Shown: positions 22,061-31,352 of the stretch, piece after piece
How the letters are laid out: each line of letters starts with the position of its first letter
Numbering within the stretch: the first letter of the stretch is position 1
From: Schizochytrium sp. TIO01
Taxonomy: Eukaryota; Protista; Bigyra: Labyrinthulomycetes
DNA length: 64,000 bases
Direction: 5' to 3'
NCBI GenBank assembly: GCA_004764695.1
Contig: SMSO01000035.1
Coordinates: 1,798,001 to 1,862,000 of the forward strand
Notes under the pieces: generated by a model
The model's database searches: none
Told to the model about the DNA's origin: nothing
Seen by the model: only the letters and a program-made list of their open reading frames with translations
Position numbers and translations under genes: made by a program

Positions 22061-22735
22061 ATGGGCCACAGTAGCTCTCGCGCTGACGATAGTGGTTCAC
22101 ACGGTCCTCGTTCTCGCGGAGAAAGCGTCTCGAGGCACCGCTCTTGCACTGAGGAAAACCGTGGCCCTGGCCTTGGCATTTCCTCTTCTTCTACGTCAAC
22201 TTCGTCTTCATCTTCGTCTCTTTTATCGCCAAAGTCTCCTTCATCATCTTTGGAGGGTGCTCAAGGACACGTGCAAGACCTTTTGCGCGATGTCCGTCCA
22301 TTTGAGCTGCCTTTGAAGGAAAAGTCAAGCTTAGGCGGCATGCGTACTGTGCGAATGCCGGAGAACGATTCCGTAGAAAACATTCAACCTGAGGCGGGCT
22401 TAGATGTTTTACACACGATTCAAGAGAAGACTAAATTACAGACGGGATTTCTGCTCGCTAAACAGAAGCAAATTCACTTAGCAGGCAAAGCAGCTGCCAA
22501 AAGGGCTGAAGAAGCTGATGTTGAGTTCTATGTAGCTGCAGATAAGTTTGCACGACAGTGCGCCGTGCTTGAAGATGTTGGTCCGCTCATGGACGAAGTG
22601 CAGCACGCCTGCGAGCTGCTTAGAGGTGCTATTGCACAATGCGAGCGTCTACAAGATGAGCTTGAAACAAAGTTTGGTATTCCTCCAGAGGAGCCGCTGC
22701 GGTTTCCAGCGCTTGAGCCGGCAACTTTAGCTTGA
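22061..22735 (+). CDS. BORCS5: BORC subunit 5 (myrlysin/LOH12CR1)-like protein
   Basis: N-myristoylation motif MGHSSS. LRDVRPFELPLK resembles BORCS5 LQEIPTFQPLLK. Two coiled coils ending ERLQDEL...PPEEPLRFP resemble DRLNSMLPEGERLEPF. Size fits. Confidence 0.62.
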   Translation: MGHSSSRADDSGSHGPRSRGESVSRHRSCTEENRGPGLGISSSSTSTSSSSSSLLSPKSPSSSLEGAQGHVQDLLRDVRPFELPLKEKSSLGGMRTVRMPENDSVENIQPEAGLDVLHTIQEKTKLQTGFLLAKQKQIHLAGKAAAKRAEEADVEFYVAADKFARQCAVLEDVGPLMDEVQHACELLRGAIAQCERLQDELETKFGIPPEEPLRFPALEPATLA

Positions 22736-23338
22736 GTCAAGTGAAAAATCCCCATGAATGTGATGAATGATGTCCTCATCGCCGGCTAGTCAGCTGACCG
22801 TGTGGGTAGATTGGCTGTATATTGTAGAAAAGAATATCTATAAGCGAGTACATTCGAGTTTTAAATTCGAAGTTGCTAATGTGCTTGAGCAATCTCAGGA
22901 TAATGTTGTAAACAAATATAGATTTTCTTCTCAAATTTTGTTTCTGACGAATCCAGTGATCTGACGAAATGGGCATTACACTAAAGTAAAATTCAAAGGT
23001 AGCCAACTTTACTGATGGGTAGGTTATGATCATGTTATTGAGCATCGTAAAGATATATTTTTATTTTCTGAAAAGAAACAAAAGACAAACGCTAAGAAGA
23101 GAAAATGGTTGTATCACTATGTATTTTCCAGCAAACCAAGGAACCCTCACGCAACTATCTTTTGCTCGATTATCTGCCATCAAGACGAGACATCCAGGTG
23201 GAGGCCAGCGTATAGCGTGGGTGTATTTCATAACAATCCTACTGCTACGGTCCTTACCTTGCAGCGGCCTATGTTAAACAGGACTGTAAATGTTCAGACG
23301 AAGGCTAAAATGGCGGCTATTTGAATAGAAAACATGTC

Positions 23339-25333
23339 TTAAAGGTCGCTACCATTGCATCGCTGGAAGAAGCCTAGAATGTCCTTGATCCTGTGTACGT
23401 ACAATAAATTATTTGTTCATGGATAATGAGAACCGGAATTACCATGTTTCGTTAGTTTTTTTGTTACATTTTAAAAGCTTACCCCATCGTTAGAAGCCCA
23501 AACACCTCGGCTCAATACAGAACTTGTATAGAACATATGGCATTTGAAAATACCCATAGAATTAAAAGATAAAAGAGAAACTTACAGAACACCCCAGACA
23601 ACTTGTACTACGACCTCACAGAGAATAAGCCAAATGATGATCCACTCCAGCTTGCTGGCATGCTGGTTTTCTACCTGGGAACTGAGAACGTCAAGAAGCT
23701 CACGAACACAGTCAAGACGCTTATTGAGGATTTCAAGACGGTCATCTTGCTCCATGTAGTCACACATACGGCGATAGACGGGGTCGAATTCGTCATGATG
23801 CCAAAAGAACTCCGGGGTACCAAGAATGTCGCTCTCCAGGTTGATCATGTTTCGCTCAAGAAACAAGCGGCCAATCTCTCGTGAGATGGCAGTCTGAGAC
23901 ATGTTAATTTTACCTTCACGGGCAAGAGTCACTGGGATATGCTCATTGCGTTCGATAATCTGATCTAGGCGGTACTCATACACAGAAAGCAGAGAAGACT
24001 GAGCAACAGCAAAGGATACAGCCAGACGCTCTACGGGATCGCCAGACGAAAGTTCGATTGTGTCATTGCGCACACGACTCTGCGAGCCAAAAAAGTACTC
24101 CATATCATCAGCAGCTGACTCCGCAGCATCCTCGTCAAGCATACGGCGGCAGTAAGCTGCGAGAGAACGCACGAGGCGCATCTCATGATCTTCACTTTCC
24201 CAGTTCCAACACACGACACAACCAAAGCCAAAAAGAAAGACTTCACGGTGACCCGAGTTAGGAACTACTTCATCATGCCAGTGACGACCCTCGACATCTG
24301 AGTACTCATCTTCCTCAAAGTCCGAGAGGATTCGTGAAGACGAGGTCTGCCTCTTCGTGGAGGCTTGGCGCCGTGCATTGGACTCGGAGGATTCTTTAGC
24401 AGCCCCGTCGAAGGAACCATTTGCGGCTTCTTCCGTCCCAGTGGGTGCTACAGTGGCAGCACTACTGTTGCCTCCAACGGGCTCTATTCTCTGGCGCAAG
24501 TGAAGGACATCGAAAAAGATTGATGCCTGCCAGGCCGGGCTATCAATGGTGTCTCGCGTGTGAATGTTCAAGGCCTGAGTGCGAGGTGACAGCGGCACTG
24601 TGCGACGGCTGCTGTTCCAGTTTGCAGGCGGAAGGATTGTACTCTTGTTGGTTCCAATCTTGAACGTGTGAGGATCTGAGATGATATTGTTGCCCAAAGT
24701 GCCAGGTGTAATGGAAGAGCTAGATGTTGATTCACAACGCTGACGAACCTGCAGCATGTGCGCGTAAACATCATCAAGATCAATTTCATTGGCTGGGCAA
24801 TATACAGCAATGCGCCCTGTCCTCTCCTCAGCAGCATCGGCGACGATCCGGCGAAATTTGCCCTTAATGCGACGCGGGATCTTGCGCGGTAGCTTGTTAC
24901 TGACACCACGTTTTGTGGACGTAACGCCAGGGAAGCGAGCTTTGGAGGGAATCATTGGCAGTCTGTCTTGGATGAGACGGCCTTTAGAACGGGTTGCACG
25001 GTTGTCATCTTCGCTCATGGCACCGTCGCTATGATATCTAAGGCGTTTGCCATTCTCGTCAGAGTGGTCTGAGTCGTAGTCTGCGTTGTGGTATTCGTCA
25101 TCTTCCTCATCCACGTTGCGCATTTGGCTCGTACGGCGACTCGCCACAGCGGCATAATCACCTTCAGAGGCTCTGCGCATAACGTCATCGCGACGCATTA
25201 CATCTCTGCGCATAGATCCCTGAGAGCTGAGTGGGGATCCATCAAAGCTGTGGTCATTCTGCTGATGGCGTTCCTCTTCTTCAGAACCAACGCTCTCGGC
25301 GTTACGTCCAAGGAGGGGTCTGCGATCCACCAT
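23339..25333 (-). CDS. RMD1: RMD1/RMND1-family (DUF155) protein, two exons: 25333-23586 and 23390-23339
   Basis: EVFLFGFGCVVCWN, ERLAVSFAVAQS, IGRLFLERNMINLESDILGTPEFFW, RLEILNKRL, LEWIIIWLI. Splicing extends the C-terminus to VVWGVLIKDILGFFQRCNGSDL*. Confidence 0.92.
23391..23585 (-). other. 195-nt spliceosomal intron in RMD1
   Basis: GTAAGT donor at 23585, ACTAAC branch site at 23456-23451, ACACAG acceptor ending 23391. AT-rich, and the frame is restored after splicing. Confidence 0.85.
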
Positions 25334-27617
25334 CTTGCCTTGTCGATGTACTTTCTAGTCAAAGGTCAACGCAATTTGCAAGTCTGTATCCGAAACTACG
25401 CTAATGTAATTTATGCGCAGTGCTCTTCTTCCCACTACCCAGTAGGTACTACTAGTGACTTTGCCCTGAATTTATGGGCTTCTTCAAACTGCGCTTTGCA
25501 GGAGATCTGTAATCTATCCGAGGTTGTCAATCCTGGTCGTCGTTCGCAGAACCTGTACTTTGCCAAGTTCGAACGGGTTGATGTAGCGCAAGTGCAAACT
25601 AGAAGTACTGCCAGCCGCAAGCACCTAACGAACGAAAGGAGAAAGAAACGCAAAAGGAAACAAAAGCAAGGAAAGAATGAAAGAAGAATGAAAGAAAGCT
25701 ACGTTGCCAGGCGCGGCCGATGTCTCCGCGAACCCGAGCTACTCGGAGCGCCAAGGACGGGCCCAGCAAGGCTGTGGTAGCTTGTATGTCACGGGGGGGT
25801 CCTCCAGAAGGCCCTCGCAGAAATAGATGCGTCCGCGGACCAAAGTCTCTGCGCGAACGCTCTGCAGCAGTGACTGGATGCAGAGGAATCGAGGTTTGCT
25901 TTCTCTCATTCATTTCCCTCATTCAATTCTTCTTTTTCTTCTTATCCTCTCTATTGATTATTCATAAGGCAGTCTATGATGATGATGCTGTTTTTATCCT
26001 AATTTTCTATTGAACCTTAATTGACTAAATAAATAAACACACTTTTTTCTTCTTTTCTTTTTTAAATTTCATTGTACTATTATGACAATATAGGTTATAT
26101 TTATTTAATTAATTATAAAATAAAATAAAAATTGAAAGCTATCACATCCTTCATCATCATGACATGATTGTGGCAACCTCGCTAGAGAGTAGTGAAGAAA
26201 AAGGGGCAATCAGGCAGCCTGAAGGAGAGGAGACAACTCAATTGGTGTGTCCCTCAACCATTTCATTTGCTCCCCAATGCACCAGCCATGACTCATGCAA
26301 GAACTCTGACTGCCCACAAGCAGATGACAGCTTCCATCTCAACTCTATTACCACCTCTCAGGTAGGTGCACGTAGTCTCCATCTACGGATAATTCTTAAT
26401 TTGTTCTTTCTAAAGCTCTTCCTTTCTTTTCTTTCAGGAATTCGTCATCGCAGATCAATTGCAATTATTGCAGTCGCTGTCTTCGCATGGCCGCTCTTGA
26501 CGATCATCGAGGTCCAGGCAAAGCCAGCATCGCCGACGGCGCCAGTAGAACGTGCATTAGGGCCAGACACCAGTGAAATCGCAGCTCAATTCGCACAAGA
26601 AGAGCAGACTGCTACACCTTAGTGGCGCTCCTCCAGTGCTCTTGCAAACATTCTTGCTATCATTGAATCAACTTGGGAATGAATAAGCGCCAGAGACAAT
26701 GCTGCCAAGACGTAATTGACGACCCGAAAGAGCTTCAAGCAAGCTGACGGCGAAGTCGTGGCCTTGCGCTGGCACTGCTCTTGAAGCTCGACTTTATCGC
26801 AGTCGCAGGAGGTGCGAGCTAAGTTGCGCAAGACGGCCGACCTTGCGCTCTTTGCATCATCAGCTCACGCAGAATCTGCAAAACCTCTGCAACAACGCAA
26901 AACCACCAGCCTTTGACTCACTCCACGCTCAGAGTTGAGTCAGGTGCCTCGCAAGAGAACTCGAGTCGCAAGTGCTCCAGTCATCGCCACGAATCAATCG
27001 CAAAGTTCGCACTCGCAGTGATTAATGAGCGAATGAATGAGTGAGTGAGTGATTGTGCAGGTCTCACCGTTCTTGGCAGCCGCACACACTGCCGTCGCTA
27101 GCTATAGCTTCTTCGTTTATGAAAGCAGGCAGACTCATCGACCATTCTGCAAGCCATCGCTGGTGGCATGTATGCCTCGGGCGGTGGATCTCCACAAGCC
27201 CGTGCCACAGGTTCTATGCGCAGATGCCTTGGCAGCTTTGAGGGAAAGGATGTCAGTGAATCGATCGAAGCCTCTTAGGCCAAATGAGAAGAATCTCCAT
27301 TGTTGTTGTTGTATGATTGTGAGAAGAAGAAAAGACAAGAAAGAAAGAAAAACCAGCTATATGGTCAAGTGACACTCCTATGGTTTAAGGTAAGCGTATA
27401 CTAGCTACGTTCGCCCGAAATAAAAGTTGAACAGGACACCAGAGACCAGAGACCGGAGTTCCGGTATAGTGTCCCGGAATTCCTGGTGGTTTCATTCACC
27501 ATGCAAGAATTATTGGCTCATCTGCCATGCTGACGTGAGCTCAAAAAAACTCGCGGGGGGGGGGTAAGAGAACGTAGGAGAGAACAGGCGAAAATCTGGG
27601 GGGAAATTCTAGCTAGC

Positions 27618-27797
27618 GGGAGAGAACGTAGGAGAGGAGCACTCTAAAGTAAGGTTTGTTAACCTAATCCCTATGGGTAATAACTAGTTGGTTAAAATAT
27701 TACCTAACCTAATCCCTATGGGTAAAAACTAGTTGAGTAAAATATTAGTTGCTTAATAAACCTTACTTTAGAGTGCTCCTCTCCTACGTTCTCTCCC
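27618..27797. mobile_element. 180-bp MITE, probably Mutator (MULE)-like, non-autonomous
   Basis: Perfect 40-bp TIRs (27618-27657 GGGAGAGAACGTAGGAGAGGAGCACTCTAAAGTAAGGTTT; reverse complement at 27758-27797). Internal 45-bp tandem repeat (27660, 27705). Flanks ctagctagc / ccagctggc form a 7/9 match consistent with a 9-bp TSD. Confidence 0.85.
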
Positions 27798-28976
27798 CCA
27801 GCTGGCGGTTTTGATGAAACATAGAGGCGAAGAGTTAGAACTTTGTCAAGATAAATGTTTTGCTTTGTTGTAAATGGGAGGCAATCCCTCAACCTCGGTA
27901 TGAAAAGCAGGCAGTTCCCTGTTTACAATTCTCGCGTCTACGATGCTTGAGCAGGAAGCCACTCAGGTAGAGTCAGCGTGTGAAAATATAGAGCAAATCG
28001 TTTCTAAAGAACAAAAGGTCACTTGGACTACCTGCGAAGTTGACGATGACCAACAAACCAGACTGCTAGAACCCTGCAATGAGATGTGCGAACTATCAAG
28101 CGAGACTGACTCAGATTTTGAGCTGGGGATGGTGGTGAGTATCACGCAAGACGATTCGAGTTGAACATAGACTAAGGTCCGAACGGAATGTGATACAAGA
28201 CAAAGTCCGTGGGTAAGTGCAGCTGCCACCATATATACCTTTGCTCGTAAACCTTCTGGCACTATAATAAGCTTACGCAAATTTGTTTTCTGTCTAAGCA
28301 GATTTGTGGAGAATATAGCCTGGACATGTCTAACCTCCGGCTACTGCAATACGGGCCTGGACTGAGCAGTAGATTTAAAAGACGAGGAGCTCCTTTACAG
28401 AATCATGCAAATCTTCCCTGGCCTTCAAGTTGCTTAGAAAATTTATTATACAGCAAATTTCTGTATTCCATGGAAGCATAGACTGTTCTAGTTATGTTCG
28501 TTCTCGCCTTCCCTTCACAAAAACACCCCCTGACAGGGGTCTATGCAACACTTACCCGACAGTAGCCAAACTAAATAAGGTTGAAAGATATTTTTATGAA
28601 AGGATTTTCCTTTTAATCTACTATTATTATTATCATTATTGTTCTTATTAATAAGTTAATCTAAAACTCCCCATTAAGAGTGCCGATGTGCAGATACTAA
28701 GTACTATAAGAAGAAGCGCAGCTGAAAATTGCTCTTGGCAAGTCTTGACAAGTAGGGCAACAAATTCCAATCGGGACTCTCGGAGCCTCGACTGGTAGAT
28801 AGCACAGCGTCTGCCTTGCAGGCTTTCTTGTGGTCGTTTGGGCACGTGCTGATACGTGCTCAAAATCAAACTCAGAGCTTTGCTTTACTCTAAAAGTTGG
28901 TGTGATAGTTGCTCCGCTTCATCTTCACTGTCGGTCTAACGATATCCTAGCTAGCTTTGGACATATTCTCTGCAAG

Positions 28977-30887
28977 ATGACCTCCAATCTCAAGAACAGC
29001 AGCAGCCTTCGCAGCGCTGTCATGTCTGCTTTGGTAATCTTTTGCCTGGCTTTGACATTCAAAGTTGCCGATGCGTGCACAACCATCGCTGTGAGTGCAG
29101 ATGCCTCTGTGGATGGTGTCGCAATGACTGTGCATACCACAGATTGCGAGGTCTGCGACATGCGCATGGCCCTTGTGCCTGCCCGGGACCACCCTGAAGG
29201 GGCCATGCATGATATTTACGGCGTTGGTGACATCTATCCTCGTAAAATGGGCGACCGCGCTGCGATCTACCAGGATGTTGGAAATGCTACGATCTACCGC
29301 CAGATTCCCGAGGTAAACCACACGTATGCCGTGTGGGAAGCCACGTACACGCTTATTAATGAGCACGGCCTCACCATGGGTGAATCGAGTTGTGGAACGT
29401 GGGTTGGCAATGCTGGAGTTGATACTGCAGACCCTAAGACCGGCAAGTTCGGGGAAGCCTATTTCTCAATTGCAGAACTCATGCGTCTTGGCCTCGAGCG
29501 TTGCAAAACTGCTGTTTGCGCTGTAGAGGTTATGGGCAGCTTTGCGGAGGAGTATGGATTTTACGGCGAAGGTTACACTGAAGGAGAGGCTTTGACTATC
29601 GCAGACCCCACTGGAGATGCGTGGGTATTTCATATCGTTCAGGATATTACCACCCATAAATCTGCGATCTGGGCTGCGCAACGTGTGCCTCCCGGCCACG
29701 TCGCTGCTATTGCGAACGAGTTTACTATCAAGGAAATCCCCGAGGAGGAGCACCCAGACTTTAAGCACAGCCAAAACATGCGTTCTGAGGCCCAGAAGGC
29801 TGGTAAGTACGATGGCAAGGGACCCTTTTCGTTTCAGAGAGTCTTTGGCGAAGATAAGGCATTGACTGTCGACTTGTACGCCACTCTTCGGCAGCACTGG
29901 ATCTACACTCGCATTGCCCCTTCGCTTAACCTTGAGCTCAAGGATGCCCCTGTGGATATGCCCTTTTCTGTGCCCGTGGACAAAAAGCTTACAGTTCTCG
30001 AGGTAATGGACCTCTTTCAGCACTTCTACGAAGGCACCGAATGGGACATGCAAAAGGGAGTTTTGGCTGGTCCTTTTGGAAACCCGAAACGTATCGAGGG
30101 CGGTGCTGCACTTAAGCTCGGTCAATTTGCTCGCGGCATCTCCATCCCTCGCACAACCCACACTCACCTAGGATACGCATCTGCCACAAAAGGAGCAACC
30201 TTCTTCAGTGTTGATGAGCCTGCTTCTGGCGTATTTGCTCCCTTTCTCACATCCACTCTTCGTGAGGCTAACCTTGACAGCATGACCCTTGAGGAAACGG
30301 CTAACATGTATGCGCACAAGTACCAGATTGGACGTCGTGATCAGTTCACTCGTGACAGTGCCTGGTGGGCCTTTGACGTTGTGGCTAACTGGATGAACTT
30401 TAACTATCGCAACATGAGCGAGACCTTCGTGCGCCCCGCCATGAAGCTCTGGCAGCAGAACGCGATGGATGCTTTTGAGAAGGGTACCACTACAGCTGTT
30501 CGCATGTTCCAGGAGGACCTTGTAGAGGCCTGGTGGAGCCTGTTTGACCTCCTTGTGGTTCGCTACAACGATGGTACCTTTAACTTTCACCCGGGCTACA
30601 ACCCTAAGTACCCCGCAGAGCGCTTTGGGTACCCCGAAGGCTGGCTCAAGGACATTGGCTACGACTCTACCTACTGGAAGGCACACACTGTTCAAGACAT
30701 TGTGCAGAAGACATGCAACCACGACCCCCCCGCACACAATGCCCATAGCTTCCCGTGGACAATCTTTGTTGTCACTGTCATTGTCGCCCTTGCGGTGGGT
30801 GTGGTGATTGGACACCGCTCTGCTCGGGCCAATCAGGCCCGGGCTAGTTCTGCCACCGAGCCGCTCCTCAACACAGAATCTGCGTAG
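28977..30887 (+). CDS. Peptidase family C69 (dipeptidase A/secernin-like Ntn hydrolase), signal peptide plus C-terminal TM anchor
   Basis: First ATG at 28977. Hydrophobic signal ending ADA followed by CTTIAV (N-terminal nucleophile Cys). INEHGLTMGESSC, LGLERCKTA, GEALTIAD, WAAQRVP, ANEF, SAWWAFDVVAN. TM WTIFVVTVIVALAVGVVIG. Confidence 0.93.
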   Translation: MTSNLKNSSSLRSAVMSALVIFCLALTFKVADACTTIAVSADASVDGVAMTVHTTDCEVCDMRMALVPARDHPEGAMHDIYGVGDIYPRKMGDRAAIYQDVGNATIYRQIPEVNHTYAVWEATYTLINEHGLTMGESSCGTWVGNAGVDTADPKTGKFGEAYFSIAELMRLGLERCKTAVCAVEVMGSFAEEYGFYGEGYTEGEALTIADPTGDAWVFHIVQDITTHKSAIWAAQRVPPGHVAAIANEFTIKEIPEEEHPDFKHSQNMRSEAQKAGKYDGKGPFSFQRVFGEDKALTVDLYATLRQHWIYTRIAPSLNLELKDAPVDMPFSVPVDKKLTVLEVMDLFQHFYEGTEWDMQKGVLAGPFGNPKRIEGGAALKLGQFARGISIPRTTHTHLGYASATKGATFFSVDEPASGVFAPFLTSTLREANLDSMTLEETANMYAHKYQIGRRDQFTRDSAWWAFDVVANWMNFNYRNMSETFVRPAMKLWQQNAMDAFEKGTTTAVRMFQEDLVEAWWSLFDLLVVRYNDGTFNFHPGYNPKYPAERFGYPEGWLKDIGYDSTYWKAHTVQDIVQKTCNHDPPAHNAHSFPWTIFVVTVIVALAVGVVIGHRSARANQARASSATEPLLNTESA

Positions 30888-31352
30888 ATGCTCGTTTTTG
30901 TGAGTTTCCCCCAATTGCAATCTGTTCTGTTCTGATTTAGTGAGTCGGGATTTCTTGCGTGGATTTCTTTTGGTATTTTGTGTTATTGCAATCACCATCG
31001 CACGCGTTTGCGTTACATCGAATTATGCAGATTTCGTATAAATATTTTTCTTTCTAGACGCATTTTGCTCGCATTAACTCCCTTTTGAAGATGCGCGGGG
31101 ATACCAATGTGATACATACTTTGGAGATTTTAGAAAGACAGAGCTAGACGAATCAACGGGAGTTCTTGAACAAAAATTTGCGAATGAATTTTGACTAAAT
31201 TAGATGTATGAAAAAAGTTTTTGGACAGATAGAGTTAATGAAGACAACAAAGACTAGACAGCCAATCTGACTAAACAGAGACTAGCTTTATAAGATAAAC
31301 GCGACGACTCTCGACGCGGTCAATATACAACAGCAATCAGATATTAAGATAC

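Noticed and set aside
25088-25780. 230-aa plus-strand ORF
   Set aside because: Non-ATG start, overlaps the RMD1 5' end antisense and runs through its promoter and a purine tract.
27660-27747. 45-bp repeats as a CRISPR array or telomere seed (taacctaatccct)
   Set aside because: Only two adjacent copies with no spacers, inside a TIR element; no run of true telomeric hexamers; eukaryotic context with no cas genes.
28830-28976. N-terminal extensions from GTG/TTG starts in the ORF track (also at 33551, 37287 and 7299)
   Set aside because: Eukaryotic genes; the first in-frame ATG gives the expected signal peptide or family N-terminus.
29466-30998. Long minus-strand ORFs of 233 and 276 aa
   Set aside because: Antisense shadows of the strongly codon-biased C69 peptidase.
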